From positions 1 through 61,084 of the forward strand of contig JAGYMX010000001.1 in assembly GCA_018400405.1 (NCBI GenBank): a stretch of DNA of 61,084 bases, read 5' to 3'. Shown piece after piece: positions 52,919 to 61,084 of this stretch. Source of the DNA: a bacterium. Lineage in GTDB: Bacteria > Patescibacteriota > Minisyncoccia > Minisyncoccales > PWPS01. Made by a program: the position numbers and the translations under genes. Within the stretch, counting starts at the first letter, position 1, and each line of letters opens with the position of its first letter. The notes beneath the pieces are model-generated. The model did not search any database. It saw nothing but the letters and a program-made list of their open reading frames with translations, and was not told where the DNA came from.

Positions 52919-53493
52919 GATTTAATAAACCTTTTTATCTTAGAATTTAATTTTTTTCTTATTTCTTCTACAGACTGCTCACCGTTTATTTCAACAAGCT
53001 TTCCTTTTTTTTGAAAATAAGAAATAACCGGCAAAACATCTCTTTTAAACCACCTCAACCTCTCTTTTACTTCTTCTTCTTTGTCGTCTTCTCTTTTTCT
53101 GTTTTTAAGTCTTTTAAAAACTTCTTTTTCACTTATTTTTAAGTGTACGGCAACAAACCTTTCCCACCCGAACATTTCGAAAACTTCTTCCAACATATAC
53201 GCTTCATAAAGCTTCCGCGGATTCCCATCAAAAACAACTCCCTTTGTCTTTTTCTCGTAAAGATTTAAAAGAAGAGGTATCCAAAGTAAAAAAACAATAG
53301 GTGTGGGTATTAACCCACCCTTTAAAAGAGTTTCTGATATTTTTTTCCCGATAAAATCCTCTTTTTTTGCTCTTTCCCGAAGAAGCTCCCCTGTTTTTAC
53401 AACATCAAACCCCGTGTCTTTTATAAATTGTTTGATCTGTGTCCCTTTTCCCGAACCGGGACGTCCAAGAAAAAAAATAACTACAGGGGGCAT
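52915..53493 (-). CDS. Adenylate-kinase-family NMP kinase, short-LID type (paralogue 2)
   Basis: 192 aa. FLGRPGSGKGTQ, TGELLRE, short LID RKREDDKEE. Confidence 0.8.
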   Translation of the reverse strand: MPPVVIFFLGRPGSGKGTQIKQFIKDTGFDVVKTGELLRERAKKEDFIGKKISETLLKGGLIPTPIVFLLWIPLLLNLYEKKTKGVVFDGNPRKLYEAYMLEEVFEMFGWERFVAVHLKISEKEVFKRLKNRKREDDKEEEVKERLRWFKRDVLPVISYFQKKGKLVEINGEQSVEEIRKKLNSKIKRFIKS

Positions 53494-53496
53494 ATT

Positions 53497-54198
53497 TTAT
53501 AAGCCAAAGTTTTCTACTTCTTTTAAAATTCGGAAAAAAACATCACTTACAGAGCCCGTACCGTCAACACGTAAGATATTAATTTTTTTTGATTGAAGGT
53601 AATCAATAATAGGAACTGTTTTTTCACTGAATTCTCTTAATCTTATTTTTATCTTTTCCGGGTCATCCATCACTCTTTTTTCAAGGACAGAACCATCAAG
53701 TGGACAAATTGTAAGATTTTCCGTTTCTGGGGTGCTGATAATCGAGTGTCGCATAAGTGCACAAACCCTTCTTTTTGTGTTTCTTTTTATTGATTCTTCT
53801 TCATCAACCTCTAGAGAGATAAGAAGAATATCCCTTGCACGGTAAAGAGAGAGAAAAAAGGGCAAAGAAATTTCCGCTTGCTTTTTTGTACGAGGATACC
53901 CATCAAGAAGAACTGTTTCCTTTTTATCTTTTGTTTTTTCAATACTTTCTTTGATTACATGAGAAACAAAACCATCTTCACAAAGAAGGCCTTCTCTCCA
54001 TCTTCTTTCTTGTTCTTTTATTTCGTACTCTTCTTCTCCCACTGTAACCACATCACCCTCTGAAGAGTTTAGAAACTTCTTCTCTAAGAGTTTACTCGCT
54101 TCAAAATGTATCATCTTCTTTTTTTCTGCAAGAAGAAGAGCTTGTGTCCCCTTTCCCGATCCAGGAGGACCGACAAGTATTACAAGTTTATTTTTCAT
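53497..54198 (-). CDS. adk: Adenylate kinase, long-LID type (divergent NMP-binding region)
   Basis: 233 aa. LVGPPGSGKGTQ, LDGYPRT, long LID RRVCALMRH...ICPLDGSVLEKRVMDD. Canonical position after secY. Confidence 0.82.
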   Translation of the reverse strand: MKNKLVILVGPPGSGKGTQALLLAEKKKMIHFEASKLLEKKFLNSSEGDVVTVGEEEYEIKEQERRWREGLLCEDGFVSHVIKESIEKTKDKKETVLLDGYPRTKKQAEISLPFFLSLYRARDILLISLEVDEEESIKRNTKRRVCALMRHSIISTPETENLTICPLDGSVLEKRVMDDPEKIKIRLREFSEKTVPIIDYLQSKKINILRVDGTGSVSDVFFRILKEVENFGL

Positions 54199-54279
54199 AA
54201 TAAAGCTTTTTTAGTGCCTACATTAAGCATAAAATAAGTAAGCGACTGTATTTTGTTTCTATAAAATTTTTAAGAAAAA

Positions 54280-55560
54280 CTAAATTGTTTCGTACTCTCT
54301 CATCTGAAGTTGTGCATTTATCTGTCTGATAGTTTCTAAAACAACGCTCACAATAATTACAAGAGATGCACCACCAATAAGAAATCCAAACGCTTCTACA
54401 TCGGTAATTGCAGAGATAGTCATCGGAAGTACGGCTACCGTTGCCAAAAACAAAGCACCTAAGAAAAGTACGCGATTTAAAATATAATTTATGTAGTTTG
54501 CTGTTGACTTTCCAGGCCTAATCCCAGGAACAAACCCTCCCATTTTTTGGAGATTTTCAGAAACATTTTTTGGATCAAAAGTAACCGCTGTATAAAAATA
54601 AGTAAAAAGACAAACAAGAATAAAAATCAACCCACCATAAACCCAGCTTATGTCTAAAAATCCGGTAATTTTTTCCGCGGCAGTCCCTATAAATCCTTCT
54701 ACTTCAGTAAGGAATCCAAAAAGCATTGAGGGAAGAACAACCATAGACATCGCAAAAATTATCGGAATCACTCCCGCAGGATTTAGGCTTAGTGGAAGAT
54801 AAGTAGATGCACCCCCGTAAAGCTTTCTTCCTCGTACTCTTCGTGCGTAAGAAACGGGGATATTCCTTCTTGCCTCGTTTACATGAACAACAAGACCAAT
54901 AATCGGTGCTCCAATTAAAAAGAAAAGAATGTACATCGGCACCATATTAGGGTTAAACATTATATCACTTATCATCTGCCCTATGTTTGCCGGTAAAGAG
55001 GATATAATTCCCGCAAAAATGAGCAAAGAAACTCCGTTCCCAATACCCTTTTCTGTGATAAGCTCTCCAATCCACATAAGGAAAACTGTACCAGCAGCGA
55101 CAACTGTCAAAATATTAACCGTTTCTAAGAAAGAAAGTGGTTGTAATATTCCTTGATTTTGAAAAAGGGTAAGCATTCCAAATGTTTGTAAAAAAGCAAA
55201 AGGAACTGTTAATACTCTTCCGTACTGATTTACTTTTTGTCTCCCAGCATCTCCCTCTTCACGGTACATCTTTTGCAATTTTGGCCAAACAAGAGTAAGA
55301 AGCTGAATAACAATTACCGACGTAATATAAGGACCAAGCCCAAGCATAACAATAGAAAACTGATCAAGAGTTCCTCCAATAAGAAGATCAGCAAATCTAA
55401 ACATCTGAAAACGGTTAAAAAGATCTTGCATCATCTCAGAATCAATTCCCGGCATAGGAATCTTTGCCATAAAACGGAAAACAGCAAAAGCACCAAGAAC
55501 AAAGAAAATTCTTTTTCTTAAATCAGGAATCTGAAATACTTTTATAATTTTTTCAAACAC
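54280..55560 (-). CDS. secY: Preprotein translocase subunit SecY (GTG start)
   Basis: 426 aa, 10-TM SecY. GIGNGVSLLIFAGI. Confidence 0.95.
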   Translation of the reverse strand: MFEKIIKVFQIPDLRKRIFFVLGAFAVFRFMAKIPMPGIDSEMMQDLFNRFQMFRFADLLIGGTLDQFSIVMLGLGPYITSVIVIQLLTLVWPKLQKMYREEGDAGRQKVNQYGRVLTVPFAFLQTFGMLTLFQNQGILQPLSFLETVNILTVVAAGTVFLMWIGELITEKGIGNGVSLLIFAGIISSLPANIGQMISDIMFNPNMVPMYILFFLIGAPIIGLVVHVNEARRNIPVSYARRVRGRKLYGGASTYLPLSLNPAGVIPIIFAMSMVVLPSMLFGFLTEVEGFIGTAAEKITGFLDISWVYGGLIFILVCLFTYFYTAVTFDPKNVSENLQKMGGFVPGIRPGKSTANYINYILNRVLFLGALFLATVAVLPMTISAITDVEAFGFLIGGASLVIIVSVVLETIRQINAQLQMREYETI

Positions 55561-55597
55561 TTTCTTAAAATATAAAAATTTTTAAAACTTCTTAAAA

Positions 55598-56029
55598 TTA
55601 CTTTTTAAGCATCACCTTTCCACCGGCTTTTTCAATTGTTTCTTTTGCTTTCTCTGATAAGAAACAGTTTTCCACAAAAAACTTTTTCTTTATTTTTCCA
55701 TCTCCGATTATCTTCACTGGAAGACTGTTGCTTTTTTTTACTAGTCCTTTTTTCACAAGCGTTTTTGGACTCACTTTTTCTTTATCTTTAAAAACTTTAT
55801 CAACTGCAGCTATGTTTATTGCAACCGTTTTCTTAAGCTGGGAAAAATTGTACCCTCTAAGCTTTGGGTAACGCTTAAGATCTCCCCTAATTATCGGTTT
55901 CATTTTTGCCCCCGCACGTGATTTCTGTCCTTTCATCCCTTTCCCAGAGTATGTCCCTCTTTTGCCTCCGCGTCCTATACGTTTACTTTTTTTTATTTTG
56001 TTTTTCGGACTAATATCGTGAATTTGCAT
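55598..56029 (-). CDS. rplO: 50S ribosomal protein L15 (uL15)
   Basis: 143 aa. RIGRGGKRGTYSGKGMKGQKSR. Confidence 0.95.
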   Translation of the reverse strand: MQIHDISPKNKIKKSKRIGRGGKRGTYSGKGMKGQKSRAGAKMKPIIRGDLKRYPKLRGYNFSQLKKTVAINIAAVDKVFKDKEKVSPKTLVKKGLVKKSNSLPVKIIGDGKIKKKFFVENCFLSEKAKETIEKAGGKVMLKK

Positions 56030-56030
56030 A

Positions 56031-56600
56031 CTATTTTTTTTCTTCTTTTTTTACAACTTTTTCCTTTTTTTCTTCCTCCTTTTTATTTTCTTTACTTTCT
56101 TTGTTTTTCTCTTCTTTCTCTTCTTCTTTTGTTTCTATACCTTCTACCATCTTTAATTTTTGCAGTGCTTTTATCGTTGCTTTTGCGTTGTTCAGTTTAT
56201 TCCTCGTGTTTCCTAATATTTTTCCGGAGATATTTTCTATTCCCGCCATCGCGCAGATTGTTCTCACCGTCCCTCCCGCAACAAGTCCTCGTCCTTCTGA
56301 CTGTGGTTTTAAAAGCACAACTGCCGCTCCAAATTTTGCCTTTACTTCATAAGGAATGGTTCCTCCTTTTGAGATACAAATTTTTACTATTTCTTTTTGT
56401 GCTTTTTTATTTGCTTTCTCTATAGATTGCTGGACATCTTGTCCTTTTGCTGTTCCCACTCCTACCTTTCCTTTTTTATCCCCAACAACAACCACTGTTT
56501 TAAAACGCAAGCGCCTTCCTCCAGCAGTCATTCTTTCTACCCTGCTTATTGCAAGAACCTCATTTTCAAACTCTTTTTTGTTTTCACTTTTTTTTATCAT
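56031..56600 (-). CDS. rpsE: 30S ribosomal protein S5 (uS5) with K/E-rich C-terminal tail
   Basis: 189 aa. RVERMTAGGRRLRFKTVVVVGDKKGKVGVGTAKG. The tail starts at ~aa 150. Confidence 0.95.
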   Translation of the reverse strand: MIKKSENKKEFENEVLAISRVERMTAGGRRLRFKTVVVVGDKKGKVGVGTAKGQDVQQSIEKANKKAQKEIVKICISKGGTIPYEVKAKFGAAVVLLKPQSEGRGLVAGGTVRTICAMAGIENISGKILGNTRNKLNNAKATIKALQKLKMVEGIETKEEEKEEKNKESKENKKEEEKKEKVVKKEEKK

Positions 56601-56617
56601 ATTTTGAAAAAATTATC

Positions 56618-56974
56618 TTAGAACTCCAGCCCACCTTTCCGTGCACCTTCTGCTACCGCTTTTACTCTTCCGTGATAAAGGTATCCTCGGCGATCAAAGA
56701 CAACTTTTTTTATTTTTTTTGCTTCTGCCTTCTTTGCGATCCTTTCTCCAAGTTTAAATGCTTTTTCAATTTTCCCCTTCTCTTTCTTTTTTCCTCCTTC
56801 TTCTTTTTGGAAATCCTTTTCTGAAAGAAGAACCTTTCCCGATGTATCATCTATAATCTGTGCATAGACGTGTTTTAAAGAACGAAAAACAAGCAAGCGC
56901 GGTTTTTCTGGAGTTCCAAAAATACGCGATCTTATTGCTTTCTGTCTTTTTTTTAATTTTTCTCTATCTGTCAT
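56618..56974 (-). CDS. rplR: 50S ribosomal protein L18 (uL18)
   Basis: 118 aa. PRLLVFRSLKHVYAQIIDD...FDRRGYLYHGRVKAVAEGARKGGLEF. Confidence 0.95.
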   Translation of the reverse strand: MTDREKLKKRQKAIRSRIFGTPEKPRLLVFRSLKHVYAQIIDDTSGKVLLSEKDFQKEEGGKKKEKGKIEKAFKLGERIAKKAEAKKIKKVVFDRRGYLYHGRVKAVAEGARKGGLEF

Positions 56975-56988
56975 AATAAGTTTTTAGA

Positions 56989-57528
56989 TTATTTACCTAC
57001 GCTTTTCTTTCCTTCTTTAATTACAACCTTTTCATCTTTATATCTTATTCCTTTTCCTTTATACGGCTCTGGTGGACGCACCTTTCTAATTTCTGCAGCA
57101 ACTCTCCCTACAAGATCTTTTTTAATACCAGAAACAGCAACGATGTCCTTTTTTACAGAAAAATCAACTCCTTCTACTTTCTTTATTTTTACAGGATGTG
57201 AAAAACCTACTTTTAAAAGAAGGTCCTCTCCTTGCATCTCTGCGCGATATCCTATTCCTTTTATCTGTAACTCTTTTGTATATCCTTCTGTCACTCCTTC
57301 AATCATATTCGCAATAAGTGCTCTTGCTGTTCCCCAAAAGGCCCTACTTTTTTTACTTTTCTTTTTTTCCAAAACAAGAATCTCGCCAGATTCTTCTTTC
57401 ACTTCTACTTCTGGAAAGATATCCACAAAAAGCTCTCCTTTTGGGCCCTTCACAAAAACTTTCTCTTCTTTTATGTCTACAGCTACTCCTTCAGGTATTT
57501 TAATTGGTTTTTTTCCTACTCTGGACAT
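56989..57528 (-). CDS. rplF: 50S ribosomal protein L6 (uL6)
   Basis: The canonical start MSRVGKKPIKIP is at ATG 57528. The track start 57555 would overlap rpsH. Confidence 0.93.
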   Translation of the reverse strand: MSRVGKKPIKIPEGVAVDIKEEKVFVKGPKGELFVDIFPEVEVKEESGEILVLEKKKSKKSRAFWGTARALIANMIEGVTEGYTKELQIKGIGYRAEMQGEDLLLKVGFSHPVKIKKVEGVDFSVKKDIVAVSGIKKDLVGRVAAEIRKVRPPEPYKGKGIRYKDEKVVIKEGKKSVGK

Positions 57529-57539
57529 TTTTTTTATTT

Positions 57540-57935
57540 TTACCACACTTCGCAAAGAACCTCTCCGCCTAAGCTTTTCTTTCTCGCTTCGTTGTTTGTC
57601 ATCACACCATCAGGAGTAGAAATGACAAAAACCCCTCTTCCTCCCTTTACGCTCCTTAGTTCTTTACATTTTTTATATATTCTTTGTCCCGGAGAAGAAA
57701 CTCTTTTAAGCTCTGTTACTACCGGGATTCCTTTTTCATCATACTTTAAAGAAATCGTAAAAAAATTTCCTTTTTCTTTTTTCTTTTTTTCAACCTTCCC
57801 CCAAAATCCTTCGTTTTCAAGGCATTTAGCAATACTATACTTTGTTTCCGAAAAAGGAACTTCTATTATCTTTTTCCCCACCGCTTGTGCGGTGCGAACT
57901 CTGTTTAACATGTCTGCAATTGGGTCAGTATACAT
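57540..57935 (-). CDS. rpsH: 30S ribosomal protein S8 (uS8)
   Basis: 131 aa. DPIADMLNRVRTAQ. Confidence 0.96.
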   Translation of the reverse strand: MYTDPIADMLNRVRTAQAVGKKIIEVPFSETKYSIAKCLENEGFWGKVEKKKKEKGNFFTISLKYDEKGIPVVTELKRVSSPGQRIYKKCKELRSVKGGRGVFVISTPDGVMTNNEARKKSLGGEVLCEVW

Positions 57936-57969
57936 TGGAAAAGTTTTATCACTTAATTTTTTATACTTC

Positions 57970-58155
57970 TTACCAGCTTGATTTTCTTACTCCAGGAATC
58001 TCTCCTTTGTTCGCCATTTCTCGAAAACATATTCGGCAAAGTCCAAATTTTCTAAAAACACCCCTTTCTCTTCCACACTTAAAACATCTTCTTACCTGTC
58101 GAGTAGAAAACTTAGGTTTTTCTTTTGATTTTTCTATTTTTGCTTTTCTTGCCAT
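57970..58155 (-). CDS. rpsN: 30S ribosomal protein S14 (uS14), short Zn-binding type
   Basis: 61 aa. CFKCGR...CRICFRE. Confidence 0.95.
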   Translation of the reverse strand: MARKAKIEKSKEKPKFSTRQVRRCFKCGRERGVFRKFGLCRICFREMANKGEIPGVRKSSW

Positions 58156-58172
58156 AAAAAATTACAAGCTTT

Positions 58173-58733
58173 TTATTTTTCTTTTTTTAAAGGTATTCCT
58201 AACTTTCGAAATAATGCTAACGCCTCTTCTCTGTTTTTTGTTGTTGTCACTACAGTTATTTCTACACCAAAGAAAAAATCTGTATCATCTCCAGAAATTT
58301 CCGGAAAAACTAGTTGCTCCTTAACTCCTACCGTAAGATTTCCTGCCTTATCAACCGAAGAAAGATTAATTCCTTGAAAATCACGTATTCGTGGGAAAAC
58401 AACATGGATGAGGCGTTCTAAAAAATGGTACATTCTTTTTCCACGAAGAGTAACTCGCAAACCGATCGGCATTCCCTTTCTTAAGCTAAATCCAGAAACC
58501 GACTTCTTCGCTGGCCTTATCTGCGGTTTTTGCCCTGTTATAAGCATCAAGTCATGAGAAACTTTTTTTAAAACCTCTTCTCTGCGCGTAGAATCTTTCG
58601 TTACCCAGTTTCCAATCCCAACATTCACCACAACTTTTTCTGGTCTCGGACACTGAAAAAAGTTCTTCAGCTTCAACTCTTTTTGAAGATCTAAAGAAAT
58701 TTCTTTTTTGTATTTTTCTTGTAATCTGTCCAT
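58173..58733 (-). CDS. rplE: 50S ribosomal protein L5 (uL5)
   Basis: 186 aa. Position and sequence (ITGQKPQIRPAKKSVSGFSLRKGMPIG). Confidence 0.95.
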   Translation of the reverse strand: MDRLQEKYKKEISLDLQKELKLKNFFQCPRPEKVVVNVGIGNWVTKDSTRREEVLKKVSHDLMLITGQKPQIRPAKKSVSGFSLRKGMPIGLRVTLRGKRMYHFLERLIHVVFPRIRDFQGINLSSVDKAGNLTVGVKEQLVFPEISGDDTDFFFGVEITVVTTTKNREEALALFRKLGIPLKKEK

Positions 58734-59044
58734 TATATTTTTTGCTTACATTTTTTGCAAACCCTCTCTTTGTTTTCTTTGCCAACTCTTGTCCCTTTGT
58801 TGCACTTCGGGCAAAGAAGCTTCACGTTGGAAACAGAGATTGGGGCAGGAAACTCTACAATCTGCCCTGTTTTCTTTCCTTTTTGTTGCTGTTTCTGCTT
58901 TTCTGGAGAAACATGTTTTTTTAAAAGATTAACTCCTTCTACAGAAACTTTTCCTTCTTTCGGAAGGACATATAATACTTTCCCTTTCTTTCCTCGGTCT
59001 TTCCCACTTATTATTAAAACTGTATCTCCTTTTTTTATTTTCAT
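58733..59044 (-). CDS. rplX: 50S ribosomal protein L24 (uL24), Cys4 form
   Basis: 103 aa. KOW motif [19 protein letters not shown]-terminal CPKC...CKKC, as I recall for Thermus L24. Confidence 0.94.
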   Translation of the reverse strand: MKIKKGDTVLIISGKDRGKKGKVLYVLPKEGKVSVEGVNLLKKHVSPEKQKQQQKGKKTGQIVEFPAPISVSNVKLLCPKCNKGTRVGKENKERVCKKCKQKI

Positions 59045-59050
59045 ATTTTT

Positions 59051-59422
59051 TTAAACAACTTCTTTTGCCATTGTTGTAATCTCTTTAAATCCCATTTCTG
59101 CAAGTTCCCGCGGGACAGGCCCGAAAATTCTTCCTCCTTTTGGTTTTTTCGTCTTTCCATCAAGAACAACCGCCGCATTTTCGTCAAAACGAAGGTAACT
59201 TCCGTCTTTTCTACGATAATTATATCTTTGACGTACAACTACTGCCCTTACAATATCATGTTTTTTAACCGTTTTTCTCGGTTCTGCTTTTTTTACCGCA
59301 GCAACAATAACATCTCCTATTCTCGCATATCTTTTTCGTGTTCCTCCAAGCACACGAAAACACTGTATCTCTTTCGCACCCGCGTTATCGGCAACTTTTA
59401 AAATTGTTTCTGTCTGAATCAT
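59051..59422 (-). CDS. rplN: 50S ribosomal protein L14 (uL14)
   Basis: 123 aa. [21 protein letters not shown]. Confidence 0.96.
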   Translation of the reverse strand: MIQTETILKVADNAGAKEIQCFRVLGGTRKRYARIGDVIVAAVKKAEPRKTVKKHDIVRAVVVRQRYNYRRKDGSYLRFDENAAVVLDGKTKKPKGGRIFGPVPRELAEMGFKEITTMAKEVV

Positions 59423-59444
59423 GTTTCTATTTTTCTAAAAATCT

Positions 59445-59735
59445 CTAAAACTCTACTTTTTTACTTTCTTCTGGTTTTTCTTTTTTCTTAAAAGATTTTT
59501 TTGCTTCTACTTTTCCAATTACTCTCCATTTTTTTTCTTTACTTATCGGGCGGCATTCTTCAATTATTACTTTGTCTCCCACTTTAAAATCTTCTTTTTC
59601 GTCATGTGCTTTATACTTTTTGTGCACACTGTAACGCTTTTTATATCGCGGATGCTCTTTCACTCTTTCCACCTCTACCACTACTGTTTTTTCCATTTTG
59701 TCGGACACAATAGTGCCTTTTAACTTATTTCTCAT
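59445..59735 (-). CDS. rpsQ: 30S ribosomal protein S17 (uS17)
   Basis: 96 aa. GTIVSDKMEKTVVVEVER...YKAHDE. Confidence 0.94.
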   Translation of the reverse strand: MRNKLKGTIVSDKMEKTVVVEVERVKEHPRYKKRYSVHKKYKAHDEKEDFKVGDKVIIEECRPISKEKKWRVIGKVEAKKSFKKKEKPEESKKVEF

Positions 59736-59937
59736 TTTTTTTCCTCTCTTTTAAAATTGTTTTTATTCGTGCAATATCTTTTCTTAAATTTAACACCTCT
59801 TTCGTGTTTTTTGCCTTAGCACTTTCTCCCATAAAAGAAAGATCGTTAATTCTTTTCTTTTTTTCAGCAATAAGCTTAAGACATTCTTCTTCGCTTTTTT
59901 TTCTTATCTCTTTTGGTTTCATAATCAATTTTTTCAA
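59725..59937 (-). CDS. rpmC: 50S ribosomal protein L29 (uL29)
   Basis: 70 aa helical protein in the canonical slot between rplP and rpsQ. A start at M6 is possible. Confidence 0.85.
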   Translation of the reverse strand: MKKLIMKPKEIRKKSEEECLKLIAEKKKRINDLSFMGESAKAKNTKEVLNLRKDIARIKTILKERKKNEK

Positions 59938-59951
59938 GACAGATTTTTAGC

Positions 59952-60356
59952 TTACTTCTTTACAAACTTTGTTTTTAAAGAAAGTTTATCTCCTGCTTTT
60001 CTTAAAGCATCTTTTGCCGAGTCTTCTGTTATCCCATCAATCTCAAAAACAACTCTTCCTTTTTTTACAGGTGCAGCATAATGGTCTACACCTCCCTTTC
60101 CTCCCCCCATGGGGACTTCTTGTCCTTTTCTTGTTATCGGTTTGTCAGGAAAAATTCTTATCCACATTTTTCCTCCCTTGCGCAGATAACGGATAATTGC
60201 ACGCCTTGCCGCTTCAATCTGTCGAGAGTTTACCATCCCGTTCTCCTCAACTCTTAACCCGTAACTCCCAAAATTAACAAAAGAACCTTTTCGTGCAACC
60301 CCTTTTATTCTTCCTTTGCGGTGTTTTCTATGTTTTACTTTTTTCGGCGCTAACAT
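59952..60356 (-). CDS. rplP: 50S ribosomal protein L16 (uL16)
   Basis: 134 aa. MLAPKKVKHRKHRKGR...IEAARRAI. Confidence 0.96.
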   Translation of the reverse strand: MLAPKKVKHRKHRKGRIKGVARKGSFVNFGSYGLRVEENGMVNSRQIEAARRAIIRYLRKGGKMWIRIFPDKPITRKGQEVPMGGGKGGVDHYAAPVKKGRVVFEIDGITEDSAKDALRKAGDKLSLKTKFVKK

Positions 60357-60358
60357 AA

Positions 60359-61003
60359 TTAAAAAACTTCACCTTTGTAAATAAAAACTTTCACTCCTAT
60401 TGCTCCGTAAGGGCATCTTGCCATTTCAAATCCGTAATCAACGTTCCCTCGTATTGTTTCTCTTTTTAGCTGTCCTTCTTGAAAATATTCGCTACGAGCG
60501 ATCTCAATTCCGTTTAATCTTCCACTCACCTGTATTCTTACCCCCTTTACTTCTTTGTGCATCACAATCTTGTGCATCGCTTGTTTTACTACTTTTCTGT
60601 AGGGCAATCTTTTCTCAAGTTGCCTTGCAATATCTTGTGCAACAAGAGAAGAAGAGAGCCAGGGATCTTTTACTTCTTTGATCTCAAGACGAACATTTTT
60701 CTTGTCTTTGGAAAGAGACCTAAGCTGATTTTCTATCTTCTTCTTTAAAATCTTTACTCCTTCTCCTCCTCTTCCAATAATAAGACCAGGGCGTGAACTG
60801 TAAATTATAATACTTATTTCATCCAGGGAACGCTCTATCTCCATCTTCTCTACGCTCATTTCGCGAAGAAACTTTTTTAAAATCTTTCTTATTTCATGAT
60901 CTTCTTTAAGATAACCAGCAAAGTTGTTTTCATAAAAACCTTTTGATTCCCAATCTTTCCTTTCTCCAATACGATAAATTTTTGGATGGACTTTGTGTGT
61001 CAT
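60359..61003 (-). CDS. rpsC: 30S ribosomal protein S3 (uS3)
   Basis: 214 aa. HKVHPKIYRIG, KH domain (IIGRGGEGVKILKK). Confidence 0.96.
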   Translation of the reverse strand: MTHKVHPKIYRIGERKDWESKGFYENNFAGYLKEDHEIRKILKKFLREMSVEKMEIERSLDEISIIIYSSRPGLIIGRGGEGVKILKKKIENQLRSLSKDKKNVRLEIKEVKDPWLSSSLVAQDIARQLEKRLPYRKVVKQAMHKIVMHKEVKGVRIQVSGRLNGIEIARSEYFQEGQLKRETIRGNVDYGFEMARCPYGAIGVKVFIYKGEVF

Positions 61004-61020
61004 ATTAATTACTTACCTTT

Positions 61021-61084
61021 TCACAAATTAAATATTCCGTATTTTTTATAATTATTATATTGATTTTCTTCTAAATATTTGCTT
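61021..61084 (-). CDS. 3' end of an upstream ORF, probably ribosomal protein L22 by synteny only
   Basis: The open frame ...SKYLEENQYNNYKKYGIFNL* ends at TGA 61021-61023, just before rpsC. Only 21 codons are visible and they are not diagnostic. Confidence 0.3.
   Translation of the reverse strand, partial: SKYLEENQYNNYKKYGIFNL

Noticed and set aside
60158-60166. A perfect DnaA-box 9-mer, TTATCCACA.
   Set aside because: It is a single copy inside the rplP coding sequence. There is no cluster, no AT-rich unwinding element and no dnaA or dnaN nearby.
1-61084. I looked for CRISPR repeats, IS or transposase genes, integrase or recombinase genes, reverse transcriptase/DGR, restriction-modification, toxin-antitoxin pairs and stop-codon reassignment.
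   Set aside because: I noticed no regularly spaced direct repeats. Every ORF longer than 100 aa on the supported strand is assignable to a housekeeping family or is one of four unknowns with no nuclease, ATPase or RT motifs. TGA, TAG and TAA all terminate well-conserved genes (for example TGA ends folA and thyA), so the standard code 11 applies.

Overview
This is a 61-kb, visibly AT-rich, very gene-dense stretch of bacterial chromosome made almost entirely of core housekeeping genes.

**Minus strand, right to left:**
- The S10/spc/alpha ribosomal superoperon: rpsC-rplP-rpmC-rpsQ-rplN-rplX-rplE-rpsN-rpsH-rplF-rplR-rpsE-rplO-secY-adk-adk2-map.
- A roughly 5-kb block of galT-like, tpiA, alaS and a hypothetical gene, then infA, rpmJ-rpsM-rpsK-rpsD-rpoA-rplQ and rplM-rpsI.
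- murA, mreB, holB, frr, rseP, proS, a second mreB, gatC and gatA.
- A three-tRNA operon, pheST and gyrB.
- secE-nusG-rplK, which runs directly into a thymidylate module (dCMP deaminase, P-loop kinase, tmk, thyA, folA, deoC), then gatB.

**Plus-strand block:** dnaE, thrS, a membrane protein, miaB and miaA.

**Left end:** rnhB, rpmF-nusB-rnc-rpsP-KH, trmD, a P-type ATPase, a T-box-controlled glyQS, an unknown Rossmann protein, an orphan histidine kinase and the 5' end of uvrB.

**Likely source (inference):** the architecture fits a reduced CPR/Patescibacteria-like genome. There is no rpmD between rpsE and rplO, no rplA after rplK, several aaRS have lost domains, r-proteins carry K/E-rich tails, and few starts have a Shine-Dalgarno sequence.

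**What is absent:** I found no CRISPR array, transposase, integrase, restriction/defence or toxin-antitoxin genes. I also found no discrete multi-gene system of unknown function.

**Most worth a second look:**
- A compact glycine T-box leader with a non-canonical Stem I.
- A decayed tRNA-Asp duplicate with a 38-nt insertion in its T-loop.
- An initiator-like tRNA with an A1/A72 mismatch and C33.
- A phage-gp1-like dNMP kinase inside a thymidylate cluster that sits where rplA is expected.
- Tandem adenylate-kinase paralogues in the spc operon.
- A ProRS whose editing domain is replaced by a Cys4 knuckle.
- Three unassigned membrane or unknown proteins.

All homology statements come from motif recognition by eye, not database searches.
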